Below are positions 1-13,700 of a DNA stretch of 64,000 bases, piece after piece. The position numbers and the translations under genes are program-made. The notes under the pieces were generated by a model. It was given only the letters and a program-made list of their open reading frames with translations. It was not told the origin of the DNA and searched no databases. This DNA is from Geosiphon pyriformis uo1 (lineage: Eukaryota > Fungi > Glomeromycota), in contig JAAOMT010000096.1 in the NCBI GenBank assembly GCA_016748015.1, positions 68,803 through 132,802 of the forward strand, read 5' to 3'. Each line of letters begins with the position of its first letter. The stretch's first letter is position 1.

Positions 1-3000
1 CATATCCAGCATCAATCTCGTATGCTTTTTCTGGTCTGATTCCTTGGCTATAGTTGTCAAAATATTTAAGTTGTAGAGGTGATTGATTTTCAAGAAGATA
101 GATGAGAGTGATTGGTAGTTCTTTTATCAGTTTAGATACTCTAAATTCGATTTCATTTTCATCATTCTCATCTGGCAAGAGAATGCTAAAAGCATAGCAT
201 TCTAAACACCATTGATCATCACAAAACATAACACATTCTTTACATAATTGAATGTTCATTTGCTTTAATCATTGAATTTGAGCTTCTTTGGTTGGGTATA
301 TATGACTTGCAATTTGGTGGTAGGTTTCTACTTTATTTTCATAATCAAATTCAGCTAATTCTATAGTATATTTAATGTATTCAGTTTCTTTCATTTGGTG
401 GACATCTTTTTGGGTGGCTCTATTGATTAATGCTATTGCTAAGTCAAAAATTATTTCAGTATCATGAGAGTAGTAGTAGAGTTTATTGAGAGCACTGTTG
501 TATGCTGCATCAAATAGTGTTCTTTTTCTGACTTTTTCCGAGATTGATAAAGCATATTAACAGGTTTGATCATATATTCCTCTTCTTATTGCAACATCAA
601 TCCAGTTGTATTTTTCTGGTAGTATATTTCCATATGTGAGACAAGAAGTGTTGTTTCATTTTTTACTTCTTTTTGGAAATTCAAATCATTCTCTATGACA
701 TACTTTGCAAAAGTAGCAGGTGTGAGTTTCATATTCCTCTTCTGAGGAAATACAGACTTTCATAAATAAAAGCTTCTTTTTGCAATCTTTGCATTTTAGT
801 GAAATGTATGGTGGTTCTTTTCATGGTTCTAGTATAGAATACCAAACTTTTTTCCATCCTCTGGTTTTTTCAAAAATTTCTTGTTTTGTTTTTTCAGCCC
901 AATTGGATATTAATCCAAGAGCCATGTAAGTCTCAGTAAGTGATATTTCTTTCTTCTCCTTAAATTTGAATACTGGGGCTTTTTCTGATCATTTGTTAAA
1001 AGTATTACAAGTAGCAGATACTATGGTGTATTGTTCTTGGTATAAGATTTTTAGTTCCTGAGTTTCCCAGTCTAAGTTTGCATTGGTCTTAAGAAGCCAA
1101 TCATTTTTAACAAGAGCTTGATATTGGGTGTATCCATGACTAGAACTTTGACTGGAATAGTAATTCTATCAATAGTGAATGGGAAGTTGTCAATTTCTCC
1201 TACTGGTGTCTTTTTTATACCATTTGCTATAACAATTACTGTTTGGGCTGGTCTGTTGACATTTTAATTGAGTTGTTGTATTAATTGGTAGGTGATAATA
1301 CTTTCAGTGAATCTACTGTCTAGAATTAATTGAATGGGTTTTCCTTCTACTGTAGCTTCAGTGTACATGACAGTGATAGCTTTTTGCTCATTGATTGCTG
1401 CATTGCTAAGCAAGAATAATGATTCATTTGCTTCAAATTCGAATAAGAATATATCTAAAAGATTGGCATTTTAGGCAATTTGGGCTGGTAGAATAATATT
1501 GTTGGAAGAATTTGATCTTGGTGCTGCAACTTCACTTTCAGAAAGTGCAGTTTGTTGAAAATCCGATTTTTCTTGTATTGTTAAATAACTGGGTTAAGTG
1601 TGAAACTGAGTAGGTCTTTGTTGAACAGAATTTCAGAGAACTAGTTGATTATTGGGGTTAAATCTGTTGTGGTTTGTTAAAAAACGGTTTTGTGGTGTGA
1701 ATTGGTTTTGTTGAACCAATCTTCTGGCTGGTACTTGATATTGTTGAATAGATGGTGTTTGATATTGCTGAATTGGTAAAAGTTGCTAATATTGTTGCTG
1801 TATTGGTTGTGGAGCTGGTTGATAGTAATTGTTTTGATTTTGTGGTCTTGGTAGATAATAAGTTGGTAATGGAGATTGGTAATAAGATTGTTGTGGTAAA
1901 GAGTAACATTGATTACTTCTGTTTTGTTGGTCTCTTTGCAATTTTCTGCAATCTCGTTTCCAGTGTCTTGAGATTCCACAATAATGACAATTTTGAGATT
2001 GGTTGTTGGATGGCGATCCAAAATTGTTTTGGTTGTATTGTTGTGGTGGTTAATATTTTTGTAGTTGCTGTTGTTGTTGTTGTTGATTTCTAAAGTAGTT
2101 TTCAACCTTTTTTGTAAGTTGATCTATTTTTTTCAGCTGCTGAGCTGGTTTCTCTAATAGCTAGGTTGACAAGTTTGATGTGATTTGCTTCTTCTATTGT
2201 TATTTTATAATTCTTTGTATGTCTAATGGCAGTAATTAAGTCTTTTGGAGCATGTGGACAAACTTTTTTAATGAGTTTGTTTTTTAATTCTGTTATGAAC
2301 TGATCCAAAATCTAGGCATCAGAATAGTATTTATTGGTTTCCAATTGTCAAATTTGTCAAAGAAGTTTGTTGAATCTCTCAAGATAAGTCATAACAGTTT
2401 CAGATGTTTCTTGCTTGATATTACAAAAGTGATTGCAGAGAGTAATAAAGATGTTGTTGTCAGTGAATTGTTGTAAGAAAGCATCTTTGAATGCTTGCTA
2501 GTTTTCAAATAGTTCTTCTAAGTTTTCAAACCATTTTTCTGCAGTTTTTTGGAGAAAATATAGGATTGTTTTGAGCATTCTTGCTGCATTTCAACCATTT
2601 GCATCTCCTGTTTTCTGAACTTTGTCAAGTCATTCTTGAGGGCTGGTATCATTGTCTTTACTAGTGAATTCTGGAATCTTTGCAATATAAGCAGTTGTTA
2701 TTTCTTTTTTATTTTCTGTGGTTCCTTCTTGTTTTGATTTAGTTTTTTTACTTTTCAAGTTTTCTGAATAATTATTTTTATTTTTCTGTAAGTAATCAAT
2801 AATATTGGTGCTTGTTGATATGAGTTCCTGCTGTTAAGTAAGATTTCTAGGTGACTGATAATCTTTTGGTCTGGAAAAATAGTTAAGTGGTGAATTTGGT
2901 GTTTGTAATTGAACAAGTGAAATTGGAAATAGTGTAATAGAAAGTGGTAATTTGATATTGGTTTCTTGTTTAGGCATTTGTAAGTGTTTGGTAGTTGTTC

Positions 3001-4390
3001 TTAGTGTTTTTGAAGTATTTGGAGTGGTACTTAAGTATTGTTTCAGTTTCTGTTTGCCTTTGTTGCTTGTTTCTGTCTCTGATTTAAAGTCAATAGAGTA
3101 TTTAGACTGTACTAGATATGTTTCTTTACAATACTTGATAATGTTAAAATTAAGTTCTTGAAAGTAGGTGGCAAGTGTTCACTGTTAAGATCTTCAGTTT
3201 CCAACTGTAAATAGTGCACTAAATTATTGTAAAAATTGCTTCTAATTTCTAAAATGTTGTAATCTCCAAGAAGATAATTGTTAATGCAGTTTTCAATATA
3301 CTGGTAAAGTGTTTTCTTAACAATTTCAATTCCGTCTGGAATGTTGAATTTCTGCTTGCAATGGGTGTAAATTGACTGATAATACTCTAGAGTTGTTGTG
3401 TCTGATGTGGTCACCACTTTGAATTTGTTGTTGTTATATTATTTCTGTGGAAGAGCACCAAATATTACTGGAAGTTTTTGGTCTCTTTTCTTGAATGTTG
3501 TTACTGTTTGTCTGTTGTTAATTTTATGTTTTCTGAAAACAATTGAATCTCTAATAACTGAATTTATCTTCAAATTATCTCTTATAATTTGAACTGCTGG
3601 GCTTATGAGTAAAATGGCCAATTTTTTGCCAGTTACTTTATGTAGTTATGTTGTAGTAAACATCAACTCTTTCCCAGAAATTGCTCATCTAAAAGCTCAC
3701 TAAAAATGTGTAGTTACTTTGCTGTGAAAGTCAACTCTTCTACAGAAATTTCGTCTATAGGCTTTTCTAATGATTATGATAAAAAAAGTAAAAGAAAATA
3801 AAAAAAATATAAAAGAAATAGAATTTTATCAAAGGAAACGTTTTCTATCCAGGCCTGAAATCACTAACAGTTTACTGAAATTGGTAGTTAATCAATTTCA
3901 AAATGTTAGTTGTGTTGGAAGAATTTCAAATGTAATAATTTTAAGGATTTGGTTTTCAAATATTTACTTTTTATTTTAATGTGTAAAAAATGATTTGTTC
4001 CAATTAAGATATCTAAAGTAAAGTACTGTGATAAGATACTATGAAAAGATACATTTTTTTGAAGAGAAAAGCTCTTCTTTTATACAACTTGCTGTAGTAC
4101 TAGTCTTTGAACTTGCACTTTTCTCTTTGCTACAATTTGGGTGAACTAAAGATACATTTCGGTGAACTACAAGTTATTTCACTGAACTATTGATTATTTC
4201 GGCCAATTTCTATTAATTTCGGCGAATTTTAATTTCTAGAGTACAAATCGGATTATTGATTGAGTAATAATATTTGATAATTTGATTAAATAATAAGTGA
4301 TAATCGAAATAATAATAATATATGCTAATTAATAATAGGAATTATAAAGGTAATTTTGTGCTAATTAGTAGCTAAATTTTGCTGATAACA
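1..4390 (-). mobile_element. Family A Ty3/Gypsy copy, 5' half (5' LTR 3463-4390, PBS ~3450-3460, gag-PR-Cys-rich domain-start of dUTPase), continuing beyond the left edge; pseudogenised
   Basis: The reverse complement is colinear with 21439-25880. LTR starts TGTTATCAG at 4390, PBS TGGTGCTCTTCC, gag peptide VTTSDTTTLEYYQSIYTHCKQ (3112-3417), CCHC knuckle near 1950-1990, and dUTPase motif 1 EKAYEIDAGY at 1-33. Confidence 0.93.
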
Positions 4391-5940
4391 ACACCATTTG
4401 GATATTAAGATAGGAGTTCTAAATTTCATTTCAAACTGGATAGTAAAAGAGATGTTGTCTTCTTCAGTATTTGCTAGTACCCATCTAATGATTCTTTGCT
4501 GAGCATTGGCATTGGTTTTTTGTGAGAACCAAGTAGCAGGAGAGCCTTGAAAATAGCCATCAACAATTTAGAACTTGTATTCATTATTATATTGGTTGGC
4601 TATGGCCATTTTCTCAAAGTTATCTAATTATTTAATTGGATCTAGTGCATTATCTCTAAATAATGGTAGTGGGATATTGTTTCTTCATTCTAAAGCAGTT
4701 TGTATGTCTTGGAGGGCAATTAGGATGTTTTGTTGTATAGAATCATTAGCTATTGGTTTAGGGGTAACTGTTTGTGTAGATGAATTTGATTTACTTAATA
4801 AAAGGTCAAAAACAGGAGCAGTTTGGTAGCTTTTTTTTTTGTTTCAAAGGAAGTTTCAGTTGCTTAATAGACAGCAATCCAAATGTAAATTTGATGATTC
4901 AGATATTTAAAATCAGAGAGCTGTTGTTCAAAAATTGTGGAGTATAAAAGCTAATTGATACTATTGTTTTTTTCTTCAAAGTTGTCTTCAAAATAAGCTT
5001 GGTCAAAGTAATAAGTTATATAAGCTGTATAGATTTCAGCTAAAGGCTTGTTTAGAAACCAGTTCCAAAAGTTTTGGAATTGTCTACTGGATTGTTTTTC
5101 AATGGAAAAGCAAATCAAGCAGAAGGACAAAAGATTGAGTTTAATAAAGTCTAGATTATTTTTGTTGTGTGCTTCAAAGTATTCTTTTAATTGTTGTGAC
5201 AAATATAAATAATCACTCATACAATAGAAAACAAGATGGATTTTGACAACCTCACAAGGAGTACCACTTTTATGTTATGAATTGGAATAACAAGCTAATG
5301 GATAGCGAATGAGAACAGAATTGTAGAGTAATGGAAATAATCAAAAAGATTTCAACTTCAATGAGTAAATTGAATAAATATGGATTCAATGTACAAGATC
5401 AGTTTTATAAAATATCTCAGTCACTATACTTTTCAAAAGATAACTGAAGAATCTGAAGGTAGAGGAGTAGTCCATACTGTCAACAAATGATCATGTCTGA
5501 TATAATTCTATGCCTTATATTGGTGCTCTTAAAATTCAATATCAGGTATCAGATATATTTTTCAGTCACATTTTATTTAATAATCTTCAAATGCTGCAAT
5601 TACACGTTTCAGGAAAAAGGTAAAGAATAACCAACAAGTAATTTTTTATCCCAAGATGTTCAAATACTTGAAAGTAGGAAAAGAGAAATTTGTAATAAAA
5701 AAATGATTAAGATAAAAGTTGTTATTTTATTTATTTTTCTTTCTTTAATTCTTACATATTTTTCTATAGCTAAGAGATTCATTGCTTATATAGTTATCAA
5801 AAGTAATCAATAATCAGGTTAATGGTTAGGTCATTAATTAGGTTAATGATCACTTTCTAAAAATAGAATGACTAATTTATATAATATTAGTGGCTAATAC
5901 ATGTAATAATTAATAAGAAGTATAAGTTTTAACCATAACA
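4391..5940 (-). mobile_element. Family B LTR retrotransposon, 5' part (LTR 5273-5940, PBS 5250-5266, gag from ATG 5220), interrupted at 4390 by the family A copy
   Basis: TGTTATG...CATAACA termini; PBS TGGTACTCCTTGTGAGG; ORF MSDYLYLSQQLKEYF continues into a capsid-like PLPLFRDNALDPIKxLDNFEK. The LTR is homologous to 18348-19051, 35755-36432, 49118-49784 and 55857-56587. Confidence 0.85.
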
Positions 5941-7562
5941 ATATAATTACTTTGCAGTAAAAGTCAACTCTTTTTCAGAAATTGTTTATTTAAAAGCTTA
6001 TAAAAAATGTCTAGTTATTTTGCTATAAAAGTCAACTTTTTTACAGAAATCTTATCTGTAAACTATCTTAATATATATAATAAAAAATGTAAAAAAAACA
6101 TAAAAAAAAAAAATTTTATTAAAAAAATCATTTTTAGTTTAAATCTAAAATTACTAACAAATTATTAAAATTGGTAGCTAATTAATTTCAAAATATTAAT
6201 TAAGAATTGATGAATTTTAAGTGTAATAATTTAAAAAATTTGTTTTTTAAAGTATTTGTTTTATTAATTTATATATATAAAAATGATTTTAAATAAAATA
6301 ATTCTAAATAAAATTATTATTTCAAGATAAGATATATTTTTTCAAAGAGAAAAACTCTTCTTTTATACAATTTATTATAGTATTAGTTTTTGAATTTGCG
6401 CTTTTTTTTTGGCTATAATTTTAATAAATTTAAAAATATATTTTAAACTACAAATTGTTCCTATAAATTATAAATTATTTTGGGTAAATTATTAAATTAT
6501 TTTACAAAATTCTATAAAATTTAGCAAATTCTTGAATGTTATAAAGTTTAGAATATTGCATAATTTAATTATCACAATTTGTGTATTATATAAATCAAGT
6601 TATTAATTAGGTAGTAATATTTAATAATTTAATTAAATAATAAGTAATAATTGAAACAATAATAATATATGTTAATTGATAATAAAAATTATAAAAATAA
6701 TTTTATGTTAATTAATAATTAAAATTCTATTAATAACATAATTTTTTTTTAAGATTGAGTTTTATTAAAGTCCAAGTACTATCCATAATATTAAGATAAT
6801 AATCCAAAATTATTGATGTAATTTAATTTGAAAATTATTGAAATTTCACTTCTGTAAGCTTGTCAATATATTGTATTTTTATTAGTTGAAATATTGAATT
6901 TTATAGGATATTTTTACAAGTATTGAATAAATTATGAAGTCTAAAAGCTATTTTAAGTCTGTAGTGAGCATTTATTTATCTAATTATTGTATTAAATTCA
7001 TTGTGAATTTGTTTTTATATAGCTTCAAAAATAAAATTAGTTGTTTTAAGTTTCAGTTTTCATTGATACAATGTTTTTTTAATTTGAAAATATCAATAAA
7101 TAGAGGTATATTTACTGTTTTTATTAAGATATATTTAAAATTTTTGTTGTATTATAATATTTAGGAAAATGTTAATAAGAATAAACAATAAGTTTTTTTT
7201 AAAATTTGTTTTAAAAGTTCTAATAAGTAACTTTTAGAATAACTTCTTGTGTTTTTTCTATAAGAATAATAATTTTGCAAATTATTTACTATTAAAACTA
7301 TAGTTTTTTTCTAAATATTATTAATTTGACTTCTATTAATTATTATAAATAAGTTAAAAAATGTTTTTAAGACTAATATTAATTTTTTAAATATTTGCTA
7401 AATATTTCAAAAAATAAGTATTATAAAATAAAAATAATAATAATATTTTAGAAAAATAAAAAAAAATTATTTTTGGGTATTAAAATTTTTATATATTTTT
7501 TGGTTTAATTGTTTTTTTTATAGTTATTTTACTATTTTTGTTTAATATTTTTGTGTTATTTT

Positions 7563-8462
7563 TTTTTTTTATGTTTATTGAGTGAAGTCCAAATGTAACT
7601 TAGAACTATACATCATATAAATGATTTAAACTAGGTGTAAATCATGCTTTTTCTATACATGACTAGCCATTCAGGCCAATCAGAACAATACTATTCACCT
7701 ATATACACAAAGACCATGTCACTAATACCTAAGAGAAACTGACAAGACTTACATAACCCAAAACTAATACCATGTGCATTGGTAATATCCAGTAACCTAA
7801 CCATACCAGCCAAAAGCATCAAAGGAAGACCAAAGACCAAGATGAGAATGAAGCCATCACATGGAATTAGCCTATTCTTTTCCATAAAAGCTTGATGTTT
7901 GGTCCGAACCAGCCAAAAGCCTTTCTGGAAAGCGATACACAATTCACATACAAAATTCACTATATTTAAACTCGCAACTTTGGGATCCTTAAAGACAGAA
8001 ACTGACTCATCAAACCACCCACTGAATACAAAGCTCTTACACAGAGCAGCACAAATATCCACATTAGCAGCACAATCAAATAGTAACTGAGACACATATG
8101 AAAAAGAATAAGATAACCCAGAGCACACCTCCCAAATAGAAGCATGAGTATTCATCAACCGAACATGATCAGCAGCATCAAACAGACAAGAAAAAACATG
8201 ATCTGAGACTTTGACATCTTCACAGAACAAATACACCACACTGGGATAAAGTCTACTATAAAGACACTTACACACAGCAACCAGAAGCCAATGATGTAAA
8301 GTCTTCATGAAATAAAAACAAAGACCAGCAGTTCACACACTAGTAAAGCCAGCAGCCAAGTAGGAATCTGGATGCCAAACCAACAATGATCTGGGCCAAT
8401 CAATATCAGCATGCAGACTGGCCACCATAACATGAGAACCAGAACCAATCTCCCAATGCACA
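7563..8462 (-). mobile_element. 5'-truncated LINE (ORF2 C-terminus, 3' UTR, poly(A))
   Basis: ORF 7691-8308 is homologous to the C-termini at 10730-11197 and 44250-44654. Poly(T) at ~7560-7570; TSD TGTGTTATTTT at 7552-7562 and 8463-8473. Confidence 0.9.
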
Positions 8463-10729
8463 TGTGTTATTTTAAAAAAATTATTAATATAAATAATTTA
8501 AATATTCAAATTTGATTTTTGTTTTATTACAATTATTGATTTTAAATTTTGGAAAATATTTTTAAAGTTAATTAAAAGAAAATATATACCAATTTGTAAA
8601 ATTAATAATTTAAAATTGGTTCTAAAAAATAATATTTCAGTCAATTTTTATATACAACTTTTGCTAAAATTTTGTTATCAAATTTTAAATTATATAATTA
8701 TTGTTTAGAACTTCATAAATATAAAATGATTTATTCTATTTATGTTTAAACTTTCTATTCTATTATTTTTCTACCTTAATTCTATATAAAAAAACTTTAT
8801 TTTCAATTTTAAATTTATTGATAACAGATAGTAGTTTGTTGTCATGTTATTTTTTTTTGTTAAACTTATAATATTCAATATAAGTGACTAATATTTATTG
8901 TTTTTTTTCTAATATATTAAAAAAAATATAAGTTCTTTGTTATAATATTTCTTAAAAGTTTTTTTTAGTAATTGGTTATATTAGATATATTTATATGGTA
9001 AAATTGATTAGTAATATGGCTGTTTTTTTATAATTTAAATCAAATAGTATGTGTTTTATTGTATTTTGTTTTAGTGTTTTATAAGTTAGTAACACTAATA
9101 AAATAAAGATATTTTATTTTTGTTTAAAATTGGTTAAAACTTTGGTTAATAATTTACATAGTATTTAATTGAATTATTCTATTAATTTATTTGTTTATAG
9201 ATAATAGAATAATAATAGTAGTCTTTTAATATTAAATTGTTCACAAATTTTTTGTATTAGGTTGTTTACAAAATGTGTTTTTTGATTAGATAAAAGTTTA
9301 ATTGGGTATTTATGTCTATAAATAATATCTTTATAGAAAAAATTTGCTATTGATTTTATGTTTGCTCTTTAAATAACTTTGGCTTTAAGTCATTTGGTAA
9401 GATAATTTACTATGACTGTAATATAATAATTTTTTTGTGTAATAATAGATATTCAATCAACTAAATTAATTCTTATTTTGTCAAAGAATTATTCAACTTT
9501 AATTGGATTTAAAGATTCAATAGGACAAATTCTTTTTTTTTTGACAATTATTACATAATTTTATATATTTTCAAATATTTTTTTATATGTAAAACCAAAA
9601 TAATGTTCTAATATTTTTTGGATTGTATTATTTTTTTCTAAGTATACTAAAAATAAGTCTGTATATATGTTGTAAAGAATAGTTTTTTTCTTGTTTTCTT
9701 AGATTAATTTGAATAAGTTGGTTAAATTTCTATAATTTTAATAATAAATTTTGTTGTAATAAAGAAAATATTGTTTTGATTAGTATTGTAGTTAATGCTT
9801 TTTAATTAAAGATTAATTTTCTAACATAGTAAAAGTCTCCAAGTAGTTTTTGGGTTTTATTATTTGTTTGTTGTTTATTTGTTAAACTGATAGATTATGG
9901 TATTAATAGATTATTAATATTAATTTTAATTTTGTTTTATTCTAAAAAGATTATTAACATTAATATGTAATTTTCTTAATTTGTAATAGATAATATATTT
10001 GTAGTCAGCTAAAAAATCAGTTTATCAAAACCTTTTTTGTTAAGCTATTTGAAATTAATATTGTCAATAATAATGTTAAATTTTTTTTTTTTTCATAAAT
10101 ACTATTAAAAGTATTTGAAGATCCATATAATAACTGCTGCTTTTAGTTTGATTAAATTATATTTTGTTTTAATAAATTTGAGTATTCTATTAACATAAAC
10201 AATAACTCATTTATTGTTATTGTTATCTAATTGTGATAGAATTATATCAAATACTGTATATAAAGCATTAATAGCTAATTGAAACCATTTGTTGAAATCT
10301 GAATAAGCAAAAATTAAGATAGTAGTTAATTTTTCTTTCAGAGTTTTAAAGATTTTTTGTTAAACTAAAGTCTATTAATATTTCACATTTTTGTTGATTA
10401 AATAGTTAAGAGATTTGGCTATTTCAAAAAAATTTTTAATGAATTTTCGATAATAAAAGACTAATTTTATAAATTCTTTTAATTTTATAGTGTTTTAAGG
10501 AACTTGGAAATTTTTAACAGCATTGATTATTTTGAGATTAGATTGAATTTCATCTTTGTTAACAATGTGTTCAAAAAAGATTAGACTTGTTTTTTTTTTT
10601 TTTTTATTATTGCTTAACAAGTAAGGCCCAAACACTATCTAGTGTTATACATTAAAGAATTGATCTAAACTAGGCATGAATCATGCATTTTTTACATGTG
10701 ACCAGCCACTCGGGCCAATCAGAACAACA

Positions 10730-13700
10730 CTACGCATTTATATAAACTGATACCGAATCACCTACACCTGAAAAGAACAAACAGGACTTGCGAAAACCAA
10801 AATGAACACCCAAAGCATCAGTGATACCAAGTAATTTAACCACTCCTGCAAAAAACCTTGAAGCCAAACCATGAACTGAGATAACAGCCGAACCATCCGG
10901 TGGGATCAATCCATTTTTTTCTATATAAGCACAATGCTTAACACAAACTAACCAGACATCCTTCCTGAAAGCAAGACCAAGAAAATGCACAAACTTGACA
11001 ATCTCTAAAACTGCAATTTTGGGGTCGCAAAAGACGCAAACAGTTTCATGAAACCAATCATTGAAAACAAAGCCCTTAAAAAGAGCCATGGACACGGAGG
11101 AATCAGATACACAGGATGACAACAAATGTAAAATATCCAAGGAGGAAAGAAAGGAACCAGAAAGCGCCTTCCAGACTCCTACATGAGAATTCAGCAACTG
11201 ACATCAAGTGGATTTGTCAATCTTGCAGGAGAACACATGATCTGACACCTCTATCTCACCACAATATAAGCATAACACACTAGAATAGTGTCTATTATAA
11301 AGGCGTTTTCATACAGCAACTGGCAGCTAATAATGCAGAGCCTTCATAAAGTAAGTGTGTATACTGGCCGAAGGCCTGCTGGTAAAACCCGTAGCCATGT
11401 GCAAGTCAGAATGCCAAACCAATGACGAGCGGAGCCAATCAACCTCGGAAAACAGACGTCCCACTAAAACCTTAGAACCAGAACCAACCTCCTAGTGTGC
11501 ATGACAAACAGAACAATAAATATCATGGATAAAATGTCTTGCATTTTCAGAAACAACACCACCATCAACTGCTAAGAAACGTTTACTCAAGCAGGGGGGA
11601 AGATACCACTTGGAGAAAAAAGCGGCACCAGCAATCTCATCAGCACACTCGTTTCTCGGAACGCCAAAATGACTTTTTACCTTGTGAAAACTGACTCCCA
11701 ACTCCTTACTACGAATCAAGTTGACAATATAACAATGTTTGATCCAACACTGATTATAAAAATTGGGACACATCAGACTCAACTCCGACCTACAAGCATC
11801 CAAAGCTGATTGATTATCTGAAAACAAATAAATAGAGCTTGATGAAAGGACACACTCTAAAGCCAAGACAATAGCCTACAACTCTGCCAAAGTAGACGAC
11901 ATCAAACCTGACACATTAACACCCAAACTCACACCAATGTCCTCAAAAAAAACAGCAGTGCCAGCTCTACAGCCAACCATGCCAAGATTACTAAGGAACC
12001 CATCTGTATAAACTGACAAACTGTTAGCACCAGTCACCAGGAAACAATCATAAACAAGCACATATTCACTGGATTTAAGAATGTTCAAAGGACCACTGTT
12101 ATTCAAAACCAAAGACTGAGTGTGAGAAGATCCCACACTATTGAGAAACAAAACAGAATGCTTGAACCACTCAGGAACAGAGCCATGGAGGTCCAATCTC
12201 TTCTACTGCTTGAAGATATACTAATCATAGACAGCACCATGATAATCACAAAGTTGATTCACAAAAACAATACCATACCACCGAAGGGATGGGAGAAACC
12301 TGAAAAATCTTGACTCACTCAGGACCATAAACATTGGTACCCCACCACAAAACCAAAAAGAATTGACCAAAGAGCCACCCAGAGACACATTGCAATCAAG
12401 AAGAACACGAACCATGTCTGCCAGAAAGTTATTAGATGCACTAACCCGAATATGGACAGGAGAACTCAACAGATGAATAAGACGCCAATACAGAACTTGC
12501 AAGTCATAAGACCTGTGGAAAAACAAACAACCCAAGATACCACTAGAGTTCGCAAAACTGACAAGAAAAGCAATCTTGCTCTCAGACTGAATTTGAAAAA
12601 ATAACTTTAAACCATAAAATGAAGGGTGATGAATCACATCATTAAAGAAATCAAGTGGCAGACCAGATTTGAGCTTTAAACCTTTACAAATCAGAGCATC
12701 CCACTTGTTGCACACGCCAACAGGAACAAAACTGAATTGAGTTCTATAGCTGACTATTGGATGTAGAACTGCTGACACCAAATATAAAAACTGTTTATTC
12801 AAGACCACCTTCTTCAACACCAGATTGGTGAAAAAACGAACGTTCGAATGCATCTTAACCAAACTAGGCTTCAAAAAACCCTCAGTCAAAAGAAAAATGC
12901 CCAGATATTGGTGTGATTCCCCCTTTTTGGCAATAGAAATGGGTGAACCACTGATAAAAAGAGAGGGATTGCTAACTCTGCTATTGATAGAAATGGCTAC
13001 CATTTTGTCATTAACATGAAAAAATTCACTAGCAATATTGAGAATATGTTGAGTAGCCGTCTAACTGCTGCCAACCCAAATCGTATCATCAACAAAAGCA
13101 CCAGTGGCAAAAAAAGAAGAAAACCCAGCCTGAGATTCAGAATGACCATTTTTGGAAACAAAGTGAGAATTCAATCTATACCCACATACACTCTCCTGTC
13201 TTTTGACTTCGCACAAAAGAGGATCATAAAATATGCACCAGAGAAGAGGGGAGAAGACTTCTCCCTGGTCCAAACCATTGTGCACACAATAACCACTTGT
13301 TAACCCAAAATCTGTCATAACTTGGTTGGTATGATCCCTATGAATACTGCCAAAAAACCGAATAAATTTGCTACACATCTTAATCCTGACCAAACTTTTC
13401 TTGAGATGCTCTCAGCCAACTGAGTCATATGCTTTTTGCATGTCTTGAAAAACCAGCCAGAGCTCTCTGTTTTTCTCCAAAGCATCTTCGATTACTGATC
13501 CAATTGCAAAAATAAGAGACTGGGTTGTTGTACCCTTTAAAACCAAAAAATTGTCCCTTCGAAAAACATCAAAAGTGCTACACGCCAAAGAAATTCTGTC
13601 AGAGAGAATCTTGGAAAGAATCTTGTGAGCTGTTTTAATCAAGGCAATAAGATGTGTATTCGTCAGAACACCTTCTTACTCATAGGGTTTGGGAATCATC

